A DNA stretch of 64,000 nucleotides from the NCBI GenBank assembly GCA_937877455.1, contig CALFIU010000044.1, positions 6,641 through 70,640 on the forward strand. Reading direction: 5' to 3'. Below are positions 1-8,550 of this stretch, piece by piece. Source of the stretch: an uncultured Bacteroidales bacterium (GTDB taxonomy: Bacteria > Bacteroidota > Bacteroidia > Bacteroidales > UBA3824). A program made the position numbers and the translations under genes. Within the stretch, counting starts at the first letter, position 1; each line of letters opens with the position of its first letter. Below the pieces are notes generated by a model that was not told the DNA's origin, searched no databases, and worked only from the letters and a program-made list of their open reading frames with translations.

Positions 1-1550
1 GTAAGTTGTAATTCAGAGCCTTTTACATTTTTGTTTGGCGATGTGGTAATTTTATTTTCGGCATAAATGGCAACGTTGTTCATAAAAGGCAAATCTTTGT
101 AGCGATATTCTCTCCAACCGTCGCGAGCGTATTGCATATCGTCGTAATAAGTTCCACGTCCAAGGTTTCCGCTTGATGTAAATTCTGTTCCGAGCATTAA
201 TTTGTTGGTGAAAATAGAGAAATATTTTACCAAATCACCCTTTATTTTTGCATTAAAGTCAATAGGTTTGCTTTCGTTATAATCCTTTATATACCAATAT
301 CCAACTTGCGAAAGAATTATAGGACTTGGATTTTCGGAATCGAATTCTTGGGCAATAAAATAACCTTCTTCTTGTGTGTGGACGTATGCTTGTGTGCTTG
401 CGCTACTTTGGTTGGTGTTGGTTTCGGAAGTTTTGTTGGCAGCGGAGAACGAAATTGAAGCGTTGAGATTGGTTATCCAACTTTTGTTAAGTAGCCATGT
501 TATTTTGGAGTTTAGCCTTATAACTTGGTCTTTTTTCTTGGTGTAGTTTTGAGAAAAAGCATCTGGGTCGGCTTCTGAATTGTAACCACCTGTGTTACCG
601 CTAATTCCAACGTTAAGCATAAGTGGATTTTCGGTAGATTTTTTAAATGTGTTGGAATATTTTATGTCAACAACATTGCGTTGGTAACTTGTGTAAGGGC
701 TGGCAATGTCGCTAAATGAGCGGGTATGTTCAAACGAAGTATTAATCATTCCCGCATTATTTGAAAGTTCAAAACCTTTGCTTATTGCAGCTTGTTTTGT
801 GTGTGGATTTGCCGAAAGGTCTATTATAAAAGGTGTTTTACCTTTTTTTGTGTTAATTTTTACAATACCGTTGCTCAAATCGCCATATTCTACCGAGGGT
901 ATTCCCGTTATTATTTCTATGCTTTCTATATTTGAAGAACTTATATTTCTTGTAGATGCACCAGCGGTTTCGTCAAGTTCGGCGTTGTTGCTAATTCTTG
1001 CTCCATCAAGTTCAACAGCAGTTCCAAACGATGCGTTTCCAAATTCAGAAGTGCCGCTACGCAAAGCTGTTCGGTTGTCGGACGTGAGAGTTGAATTGAT
1101 TGTTTTTCCGCCTGGTAGTAAACTATTTACATCTCCAACATTTAAAATTTGTTGATGGTCAAGTGCTTTTCTATCAAGGGTGTAAGCGGTGGAACTTTCA
1201 ATTTCTGATTTTTTGGCAGTTACTACAACTTCCGCAATTTTTAAGTTATCTTCTTTTAGATATATTGTTAGCGGATTCATTGATTTGTTGACAATAAATT
1301 CTCGTTTTACAAATCCGAGACATTGTATTGATATTGTAATTTCGTTTGTAGGAATATTTTTTATAGTAAAGCTTCCATTTTGGTCGGTTATTGCCCATAG
1401 TTGGTTGTCGCCCAAAACTACGGTTGCAAATGGAATTGGACTTTCGTTAGAAAGGTTTTTTACTGTTCCTTCAAGATTAAAGGTTTGAGAAAACGCTGTA
1501 ACGGAGGTAACGAGTAAAAATATTACTATTGCTAATATCTTTATTTTCAT
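1..1550 (-). CDS. TonB-dependent outer-membrane receptor, N-terminal part (C-terminal part lies beyond the window start)
   Basis: Absent from the ORF track because it is open at the window edge. My reverse-complement translation from ATG 1550-1548 gives signal peptide MKIKILAIVIFLLVTSVTAFSQ, then a CarboxypepD_reg-like stretch (TFNLEGTVKN..PFATVVLGDNQLWAITDQNGSFTIKNIP). Further in is a plug-domain motif (AGASTRNISSSNIESIEIITGIPSVEYGDLSNGIVKINTKKGKTP, around nt 830-960). Confidence 0.8.
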   Translation of the reverse strand, partial: MKIKILAIVIFLLVTSVTAFSQTFNLEGTVKNLSNESPIPFATVVLGDNQLWAITDQNGSFTIKNIPTNEITISIQCLGFVKREFIVNKSMNPLTIYLKEDNLKIAEVVVTAKKSEIESSTAYTLDRKALDHQQILNVGDVNSLLPGGKTINSTLTSDNRTALRSGTSEFGNASFGTAVELDGARISNNAELDETAGASTRNISSSNIESIEIITGIPSVEYGDLSNGIVKINTKKGKTPFIIDLSANPHTKQAAISKGFELSNNAGMINTSFEHTRSFSDIASPYTSYQRNVVDIKYSNTFKKSTENPLMLNVGISGNTGGYNSEADPDAFSQNYTKKKDQVIRLNSKITWLLNKSWITNLNASISFSAANKTSETNTNQSSASTQAYVHTQEEGYFIAQEFDSENPSPIILSQVGYWYIKDYNESKPIDFNAKIKGDLVKYFSIFTNKLMLGTEFTSSGNLGRGTYYDDMQYARDGWREYRYKDLPFMNNVAIYAENKITTSPNKNVKGSELQL

Positions 1551-1573
1551 GTATTAACCCTAAAAAATTTGCG

Positions 1574-1581
1574 CAAAAGTA
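1574..1581 (-). promoter_or_regulatory. -7 promoter box (TACTTTTG on minus strand) for the TonB-dependent receptor gene
   Basis: Plus-strand caaaagta is the reverse complement of TAnnTTTG. It lies 24 nt upstream of ATG 1550. Confidence 0.4.
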
Positions 1582-1687
1582 GTTGATCGTTATTATTTTA
1601 CAATCCCCTAAAATGGTGATTTTTTTTTATTTTTATAGCCAAAAATTATAATAAAATAAGGTAGGTTGTTGTTTGATAGTAGTTTTA

Positions 1688-1723
1688 TAAAAAAATCCAC
1701 AACTTTTTTTTGGGGTTGTGGAT
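1688..1723 (-). terminator. Rho-independent terminator downstream of the 904-aa gene
   Basis: Arms atccacaac (1695-1703) and gttgtggat (1715-1723). On the minus strand a T7 run follows (complement of A7 at 1689-1695). It sits 29 nt after the stop at 1752. Confidence 0.7.
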
Positions 1724-1751
1724 TTTAATTTATTGATTTTATAAAATCAAA

Positions 1752-4466
1752 TTACAATGTAAAAATGTTGAAATTTTCGTCAATGTTTCCTATTGCAAGA
1801 TATTTATTTGAGTTGCTCATGCAAATTGTTTTTGGTAAAAATTTTTCTTCAATTTCTTTAATTTTTTGATTGTTTTTTGTGCTAAATATTCTTATTTTTC
1901 TGTCATCGCAAATGGCGGCAATGTAATTGTTATTTATTTTTATTTCGGGTATTTCGTATGGTAAATTTATTGGTTTTTCGTCGGTTGAAATTCTTATGTT
2001 ATAGATGTTTATGCGTCCTTCGTTGTCGCTAAAGTAAAGTTTTCCAGCTTCGCTCGATAGAGCCATTGATGTTATTTCTGTTTTTGTGTTTGATTGAATT
2101 TTTAGTATCTCGGCCAAAACATTGATTCTAAATACTTTGATGTTGTTTGAAAAATCTTTTCCTGCTACGTATTGCATGTCGGGTGATATTGTCATCATTC
2201 TAAAATCGTTGATTACTTTGTTAATAACACGACTACGTAAATCTATTTTATAAATTGAAAAATTATCCGACACAAAAAGTATTTCGTTGTTAAATGGATG
2301 AAAAAACATTTTTTTTGCCTCGCCAGTAAAGTTGGTAATGGCAGCATAATGTGTTATTTTTTCGTCAATAATATTCATTATTGTTAACTTTCTGCTACCG
2401 CCAAGTGCTATGAATTTTGTGTTTCTACTTATTGCTGCGCAAGTTACGTTTTCTTCTCCATAGTGTATGCGTTTCCAATCTGATGTTCTAAAAATTGAGT
2501 AACCACGTGGATTTTCGCATGTAATTGCGTATTCGTCATCGTTGCTAAAAACAATTTCTGATGTTCCACTTTCTGCAATTTTTATGTTTTTTGATGCTGA
2601 TTTAGAGGTTTCTGTTTTTTCTTGCAAATTTGGTTGGTTTTCATTGTTTTCCAACTTTGTTGCCAAACGCATATAATTTTTATAGTTTTCTATGTCCGCT
2701 TGACTTTTGCAGATTTCAGCAATTGTTTTATAAATCTCGTTTTTGTTGGCGATGTTATTTTTAATGGCATTTTTAAAGTTTTCTAATGCGTCTTGTGGTC
2801 TTTTTTGTATAAGGCAAACCACCCCATAGTTGTAATATGCATCAGCATTTTTGGGGTTAATGGATATTATTTTTTGACAATCGGAAATTACGTTTTTAAA
2901 ATTGCCGAGGTTGCCGTATGCACATGCACGACGTAGATATGCAATTTCGTTTTGGTTGTCGGTTTCCAAAATTTTATTGCATGTTTCTATTAGTTTTTTC
3001 CAATTTGCATTTTTATAGTATGTTTCCATTTCGTCAACAAGCAGTTTTGATTCTTTTTCTTCAACTTCCTCAGGTGTAGGGGCGGGTAGGGGGTCTTGAG
3101 ACAAATTGTTTGTTAACGGTGGCAATTTTGTTGTTTCAATATTTTGTGTGTATGGTGTTTCGTTATATTTTATCAATATTTCTGTTGTTTGTTGCTGTTT
3201 TGTAGGTTTTATTTCGGTTTTAACAACTTCAGTTTCAAGTTGTTCCAATTCAATTATATCTTCATCATCGTCATAATTTCCAGCAACTTGCAATTTTTGT
3301 TTTGCTTTTGTTGTTTTTTGAGTTTTTACTGGAATTGGTTCTGTATTATTAATTTTTATTGTAGTGTTATCTGTAGATGTTTTTATAATTGGCTTTTGTT
3401 GAGCAACTATTTCATTTTCAGTTTGCAGTGTTGTTGCATTTTCTTTTTCAAACGATTTTGAATTTATTTCGGCAAGAAAATCGCTTTCGCTTTTATTTTC
3501 TGGTTTTTGAGGCAAATAATTTTCACGATAGTTTTGAGACGCGAGTATAACGGCTTGCGAATAATTCCACATTGGTATTTCCGTAAGAGTTTTTACGGTG
3601 TTAAATTTTTGCAACGAAGTATTGTCGTCGGTAATATTAAAAATTATTTGAGCAATGTGTTTACAACAACTTTCAGGATATTTTATAATCTGTTCTTCAG
3701 CAAAATGAATAACTATCCAACCAGCGTTAGAAAAAAACATATCGTGATTTGCTCTTGTGTATATGGATTGGTAGTCTTTTTTATTAATATAATCTTGAGG
3801 ATGATGAGTATCAAGAAGATACGGTATATCTATTTCTATGTCGATATATAGTTTTAAGTCAGAATTTGCTACTATATAATTTGGTGTAAATTGATTGTTA
3901 TTTAAATTTTGTTCCAATGTATAGTTAATTAATATGTTGTCGGGAAAGAAATTTTTTAGTGTTTTGTAAAAATAGTTAAAATATTTTGTTTTTGTGTTAT
4001 GAGCCGAAATAAGCGATGTGTTTGTAATTATCAAGTTTTCAATTACTTTTTTACGTCGATATTCTGTTAATGCAACGGGATCTGTGTTTTTGGTTTCAAT
4101 ATCTTTTCGTTCACCACATTCTTTAACATATCGCTGCATCAACAACTCGAATTTTTGATTTTCTTTTTCGTTAGTTGTTGATTTTATTTTATTTTTAATA
4201 GTTTCAAAAACTGTTGCAGATGCCGAAATACAGAAAAGTGTTAACAAAACAACTTTAATACCCCACATTGACTCTATTGGTGAAAATTTATAAGTTATTG
4301 ATAGTATTATAGTTATAATACATATAGTAAGAGCAACATAATGCTCTTTTAAAATCTTAGGTTGCTGTGGTTTAATAGGAGTAGGCGGCATTGGTATAAA
4401 ACTTTTTTGAGCCGCAATTATCCTTTCTGGTATTATATCTATTGGATAGTTTTCGTATTTATTCAT
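1752..4466 (-). CDS. Membrane-tethered multidomain protein: 2 TM helices, Vsr/DUF559-type nuclease-like core, disordered linker, TPR repeats, WD40/beta-propeller-like C-terminus
   Basis: 904-aa ORF with an ATG start. TM helices: ALTICIITIILSITYKF and VVLLTLFCISASATVF. PD-(D/E)XK-like signature: LKLYIDIEIDIPY..H..RANHDMFFSNAGWIVIHFAEEQI. A ~150-aa K/T/Q/E-rich linker follows. TPR-like: WKKLIETCNKILETDNQNEIAYLRRACAYGNLGNFKNVISDCQKIISINPKNADAYYNYGVV. The C-terminal ~270 aa carry repeated ..IA.G..d..I.If.. blades. Confidence 0.6.
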   Translation of the reverse strand: MNKYENYPIDIIPERIIAAQKSFIPMPPTPIKPQQPKILKEHYVALTICIITIILSITYKFSPIESMWGIKVVLLTLFCISASATVFETIKNKIKSTTNEKENQKFELLMQRYVKECGERKDIETKNTDPVALTEYRRKKVIENLIITNTSLISAHNTKTKYFNYFYKTLKNFFPDNILINYTLEQNLNNNQFTPNYIVANSDLKLYIDIEIDIPYLLDTHHPQDYINKKDYQSIYTRANHDMFFSNAGWIVIHFAEEQIIKYPESCCKHIAQIIFNITDDNTSLQKFNTVKTLTEIPMWNYSQAVILASQNYRENYLPQKPENKSESDFLAEINSKSFEKENATTLQTENEIVAQQKPIIKTSTDNTTIKINNTEPIPVKTQKTTKAKQKLQVAGNYDDDEDIIELEQLETEVVKTEIKPTKQQQTTEILIKYNETPYTQNIETTKLPPLTNNLSQDPLPAPTPEEVEEKESKLLVDEMETYYKNANWKKLIETCNKILETDNQNEIAYLRRACAYGNLGNFKNVISDCQKIISINPKNADAYYNYGVVCLIQKRPQDALENFKNAIKNNIANKNEIYKTIAEICKSQADIENYKNYMRLATKLENNENQPNLQEKTETSKSASKNIKIAESGTSEIVFSNDDEYAITCENPRGYSIFRTSDWKRIHYGEENVTCAAISRNTKFIALGGSRKLTIMNIIDEKITHYAAITNFTGEAKKMFFHPFNNEILFVSDNFSIYKIDLRSRVINKVINDFRMMTISPDMQYVAGKDFSNNIKVFRINVLAEILKIQSNTKTEITSMALSSEAGKLYFSDNEGRINIYNIRISTDEKPINLPYEIPEIKINNNYIAAICDDRKIRIFSTKNNQKIKEIEEKFLPKTICMSNSNKYLAIGNIDENFNIFTL

Positions 4467-4602
4467 TTTACTATAATTTTATAAGAGATTATACAAATAT
4501 TGTGCAAAACATATCATTTAGAAAAAAAATGTAAAATTTAGTTGTTTGGCTTAGGTTTTGCAGTGCATTTGAAAAAGAAACTAAAAAATACAAAAATATA
4601 AA

Positions 4603-5652
4603 ATGATAACGAGTTATAGTTTTCCAAGTGTTTTTGAACATAACAATTCAGATCTTTCGATGGTTTCGCAAGACCTTTTAAATGGCTTGCGTATATTCAT
4701 TGATGATGTACCATATATTGTTGGTAATCTTGCCCTTACTGAAGGTGGTTCGCCACACAGAACAGTTAATGCAGCCCCAACAGAAATAGATTATAAGATA
4801 CTTTTCAAGGCAGCATTGTTGCTTGCTTCGTATAAAAACAATAGACCTTTGACTATAACAACTGGTTTTCCATTGAGTACATATCAGGTTAATAAAAATA
4901 TTACACCTGAATTGCTTCAAAAAACTCATAAAATTGATTTTGACCTTTCTACTTTTACCAACAAAGGTCGTTCGGAAATGAAAGTTGACGTGGTTTCGGT
5001 TGAAATTATTCCCGAAATTCTTGGAAATATTGTAGCTTTGCGACAAGGAGAAACCAAGGCTTCTGGAAACTTTTTTGTGGTAAGTCTTGGATTTGGTACG
5101 TGTGAAGCTGTTCTCAGTACAGAAAATGGTATGGTTCAACGTACTGCTCTTAGCGTTCCGGGGTTGCAATATGCAATAAGTTTGTTTATCAAGGAATTGG
5201 GGTTGCAATATTCGCTTGGTCTTAAAAATGAACGTCAGATTGAGCAAGCGTTCATGAGCAATTTTATTATTCTAAATCGTAAAAAAATCGACATTCTTGA
5301 CATTCGTCGTAATGTTTTGAATATGTATTACAGAGATGTAATTTCTCCAAATTTCCGTCGTACTTTTACAGATGCCGATTTTACAAAAGCAAGTAAAATG
5401 TACATTACTGGTGGTGGTGCTCTTTATATGGAACTTATTGAAAATTTTTACAAAGAATTTGAAGGTATATTGAATATCGAAGTAGTTGAAAATCCATTGA
5501 CATTAACTTCGCTTGGATATTGTCTTAATTCTGTGAAGTCTAACGGCGGCGACACAAATACAGCCGTTGGTATAGATATGGGTAATTCTAATACAGTTAT
5601 TACTCAATACGAAGATGTAGATATTGATTCTGGTAGCCTTAGATTTAAATAA
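4603..5652 (+). CDS. ParM/ALP-type actin-fold protein, apparently circularly permuted (phosphate-1 motif at the C-terminus)
   Basis: The order of motifs matches ParM from the third strand onward: YSFPSVF, ITTGFPLSTY, VEIIPEILG, VVSLGFGTCE (phosphate-2 position), MYITGGGA (adenosine motif). There is no N-terminal DxG hairpin. The C-terminal residues read AVGIDMGNSNTVITQYED (nt 5563-5610). Confidence 0.7.
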   Translation: MITSYSFPSVFEHNNSDLSMVSQDLLNGLRIFIDDVPYIVGNLALTEGGSPHRTVNAAPTEIDYKILFKAALLLASYKNNRPLTITTGFPLSTYQVNKNITPELLQKTHKIDFDLSTFTNKGRSEMKVDVVSVEIIPEILGNIVALRQGETKASGNFFVVSLGFGTCEAVLSTENGMVQRTALSVPGLQYAISLFIKELGLQYSLGLKNERQIEQAFMSNFIILNRKKIDILDIRRNVLNMYYRDVISPNFRRTFTDADFTKASKMYITGGGALYMELIENFYKEFEGILNIEVVENPLTLTSLGYCLNSVKSNGGDTNTAVGIDMGNSNTVITQYEDVDIDSGSLRFK

Positions 5653-5681
5653 GGATAGTTTAAATTTTATTCATAATGCTG

Positions 5682-5717
5682 CGGAATGGAGAATGATAAG
5701 TTCTCTGTTCCGTTTTT
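5682..5717 (+). terminator. Imperfect hairpin plus T-run after the actin-like gene
   Basis: cggaatggagaa..ttctctgttccg (two central mismatches) followed by ttttt at 5713-5717. Confidence 0.45.
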
Positions 5718-5763
5718 GATTTTGGGTAATAAAAATTTTTTTTTATAAATTATAAAAAAATAT

Positions 5764-6435
5764 ATGAATTTTTTTGTTGGCGGCATTGATACCGATTGCG
5801 GAAAAACAGCGGTTACAGCTTTGATTTCAAAATATCTTTTGTCTATTGGATATACGGTAATTACTCAAAAACCAGTACAAACTGGATGCGAAAAAGTGGC
5901 AGATGACATAAAATTTCATCGCAAAACCGAAGGTAGAAATTTTTTAGAGGAAGATTATAATGGTTTGACTTGTAGATATTTATTTAAATATCCTGCATCT
6001 CCGCATCTTTCTGCTATGATGGAAAATGTTAAAATTGATCCTCAACTTATTTTTAATGATTCACAAGCTCTTCAATCAAAATATCAGGTTGTTTTAACAG
6101 AAGGAGCAGGTGGTCTTTATGTACCTCTTTATGGTGATTATTATACTATAGATTATATAAAAAATTATAACTTAAATCTTGTTTTGGTAACTTCATCAAA
6201 GCTTGGAAGTATCAATCATGCTTTGCTTAGTATTGAAGCATGTAAAGCGAGAGCAATAAATTTACATTCTGTAATTTACAATTATCTTCCAAATTGGGAC
6301 AAAGTTATATCGCCCGAAAGTGAAAAACGAATTGAACAGTTTGCGCATAAAATGTATCCAAATTCTAAGTTTTATGCTGTTCCTACTGTTGATAATTTTG
6401 AAAACAAAATAGTTGAATTTAAAGATTTTATATAA
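5764..6435 (+). CDS. bioD: Dethiobiotin synthetase
   Basis: N-terminal P-loop GGIDTDCGKTAV (family pattern GTDTxVGKT). Also LTEGAGGLYVPL. Length 223 aa. Confidence 0.85.
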   Translation: MNFFVGGIDTDCGKTAVTALISKYLLSIGYTVITQKPVQTGCEKVADDIKFHRKTEGRNFLEEDYNGLTCRYLFKYPASPHLSAMMENVKIDPQLIFNDSQALQSKYQVVLTEGAGGLYVPLYGDYYTIDYIKNYNLNLVLVTSSKLGSINHALLSIEACKARAINLHSVIYNYLPNWDKVISPESEKRIEQFAHKMYPNSKFYAVPTVDNFENKIVEFKDFI

Positions 6436-7579
6436 TAAAATCTTTGTTAATGATATTTAAATATACTAATATTTTTGCAACAAAAACGTTGTTTATATTT
6501 CCACTATTGTTTCTGTAATAATTTTCTAAAAAATATTGAGATTTTGAATTTAATATTACAGAAATTTTTTGAGCAAAGTTATCTGTTTTTATTGTAAATG
6601 GGCTGTTTAAAATAAAATTTAAGAATTTTTCAGAAAAATTTTGTTTCCATTTATCTTTATTTATTACAGAAAATTCGTGTGCGAAAAAAAAATTGGTTTC
6701 ATCGTTTTGTTTTTCAACATCAAATGAGTAACTTAAGTTTTCGAGTTGTTCTGAAGTTAAAATATTAAGATATTTTATTATTATTTTTTTGTTATCAATG
6801 CATATTTTTTCTGCTTTTTCTGGGGTTAATCTTTCGTTATATTCTTTTATTTTGTTTTTTGCAAAAATTGATATTTTTGTAGAAGTATCATTTTCGGCAA
6901 TATTTTCTATAAATTGAAGGTCATAATTGTCAGAAATTTTTATGTTTTGCAAAAAATCAATTTTATTTTTGATAGTTTCTTTATGCCAATTTTTTTCTAA
7001 GTATTGTAAGTAATTTTTTATGTTGGCCATTTTCATTGCTTTAAGCATTTTAATTTGGTTTTCGTGTGATGCTGTATCCCATTTTAAATCAGATATTTTC
7101 ATTACTTTTACCAACCATTTGCCTCTATTGCCAAGCAATTTCCAAATAAGCATTCGACTCATCAAAAATTTATGGTTATCTTGTAATAAAAATTTATTTA
7201 CAAACAATGGTATGTAGCTGTAAGGCAAAACTTGTTTCTTGTTTTCAAAAATTTTAAGCATGTGGTTTAATAGTATGCTTTTTTTTTCGTTCATAAGATA
7301 AACTAATCGTTCTGCGTTGTTGATGCTTATAAAATTTTGTTCTTCTTTTACTTCTGGTGGCAAATAATGGGTTTCGTTATATTTTTCTGGACAAAAACCA
7401 CTTTGCGCAGAACAAATATTTATTGCGAGTAGTTTTAAAAATTTATCTTCATTATCGCATTTTTGTGCTAAAATTTTATCTGTATATGGTTTTATCCATT
7501 TAGGAAACTCTATTTGTTCTATTTTTGTTGTTGATGTGCCAAGGGCAGCAATGTTAATTAGTTGTTCAATAGTTTTCAT
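6428..7579 (-). CDS. Hypothetical protein, DUF5691-like (recalled motifs only)
   Basis: 383 aa. N-terminal QLINIAALGTS and internal LLGNRGKWL resemble the ALLGT and LGxRGxWL motifs I recall for DUF5691. The ATG at 7579 overlaps the upstream gene's stop (7566) by 14 nt. The sequence is very AT-rich. Confidence 0.45.
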   Translation of the reverse strand: MKTIEQLINIAALGTSTTKIEQIEFPKWIKPYTDKILAQKCDNEDKFLKLLAINICSAQSGFCPEKYNETHYLPPEVKEEQNFISINNAERLVYLMNEKKSILLNHMLKIFENKKQVLPYSYIPLFVNKFLLQDNHKFLMSRMLIWKLLGNRGKWLVKVMKISDLKWDTASHENQIKMLKAMKMANIKNYLQYLEKNWHKETIKNKIDFLQNIKISDNYDLQFIENIAENDTSTKISIFAKNKIKEYNERLTPEKAEKICIDNKKIIIKYLNILTSEQLENLSYSFDVEKQNDETNFFFAHEFSVINKDKWKQNFSEKFLNFILNSPFTIKTDNFAQKISVILNSKSQYFLENYYRNNSGNINNVFVAKILVYLNIINKDFII

Positions 7580-8534
7580 CTGTTATAAAATAGTATGAAT
7601 TATTAGCCCAAATGGAAATTATTTCTACTTCAAAATCTTTTAGATTTACAAAGCATGAAAAAAAGTTGTTCCCTGTTGCGGATAATATTTTTGCTGTTTT
7701 TAATTTGTTGTTAATCAAGTATATTATATTTTTATCCATGTCGGCTAAAGCATATTTCCCATTTTTGCAAACTATAAAAACATCAGTTATTATCAATGGA
7801 ATGTTATCCATAAAAGGGTTATCTGTTAATGCTTTTTTATATATTTTTATAACTTTATTAATTCCTGAATAAGCTTTGGGCGAAAAAAAATCCTGTGTTA
7901 TGTCTTTATTTTTGTATAAAACTCTCATTGAATGAATCCCAGGATAAAAATAAAAATCGGCATTAACGTATGTACCAGGAATAAAGATTGTTTCTTGATA
8001 TTTGGAATCTTTAAAATATTGTATAAAAAAAGCAATTCTATTTGATTTTTTTCCAATAAACCATGTTTTTTTGTACGATATTTCATTTGTTTGTCCGTGT
8101 TGACAAGCTAAAACAAACCATAAATCTGTAACTGGTTGATTATTAAAAATCTGTTGTTGCGGTGTTGTTACGCCAGCCAACGTTAATAGTTCGTATTGCC
8201 AATTAGTTGGCTGTTGGTTTATTGTTTTTATTCCGTTACAAATAAGATAAATTTTTGTTATTATTGATGTTATTTTATATTTCCAATTATCACTATTGAA
8301 ATCCAATTCAGCGAGTTTTGATGTCATTGTTGCCAACCCTTGCGCTTGAAAGTCTATTAATCTGCGACAAACTTGTGATATTTCTTCTTTTTGGTTTTCT
8401 ATGTTATAAAGTCCCATTCGCAAAAAATCTTTAAGTTTTGAAATTAAAAAGTCCGCACCAGCTATTATGTTGTTAAGCCTTTCTGTAGATACTCTTTTTT
8501 CTATTTCATTGCTTTGATTTTCTGTTGGATTCAT
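7566..8534 (-). CDS. Hypothetical protein resembling the C-terminal body of COG4715 (YehQ-type SWIM) proteins but without a SWIM zinc finger
   Basis: The track ORF starts at a TTG (8594) overlapping the FKBP gene, so I prefer ATG 8534 (MNPTENQ..). The segment WFVLACQHGQTNEISYKKTWFIGKKSNRIAFFIQYF...GTYVNADFYFYPGIHSMRVLY resembles the recalled pattern W.vlg....r.Wl.g..sgr.al.l.f....G....a.l.fyPg..plRal. No CxC..CxH motif is present. Confidence 0.4.
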   Translation of the reverse strand: MNPTENQSNEIEKRVSTERLNNIIAGADFLISKLKDFLRMGLYNIENQKEEISQVCRRLIDFQAQGLATMTSKLAELDFNSDNWKYKITSIITKIYLICNGIKTINQQPTNWQYELLTLAGVTTPQQQIFNNQPVTDLWFVLACQHGQTNEISYKKTWFIGKKSNRIAFFIQYFKDSKYQETIFIPGTYVNADFYFYPGIHSMRVLYKNKDITQDFFSPKAYSGINKVIKIYKKALTDNPFMDNIPLIITDVFIVCKNGKYALADMDKNIIYLINNKLKTAKILSATGNNFFSCFVNLKDFEVEIISIWANNSYYFITDENY

Positions 8535-8550
8535 ACTTAGTATTAGTTGT

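Noticed and set aside
706-1488. Plus-strand ORFs 706..1155, 1100..1291 and 1189..1488
   Set aside because: They lie antisense within the TonB-dependent receptor gene, whose minus-strand translation has clear signal peptide and plug motifs. Their low-complexity, Leu/Phe/Ser-rich products are typical shadow ORFs of AT-rich DNA. The same reasoning applies to the other short antisense ORFs in the track (e.g. 3144..3461, 3507..3851, 4678..5247, 25110..25514, 52579..52956, 62724..63143).
2501-2514. CCACGTGG palindrome (aaCCACGTGGatt) in the 904-aa gene
   Set aside because: Only the 8-bp core is palindromic and the flanks do not match parS. A single short palindrome in 64 kb is expected by chance.
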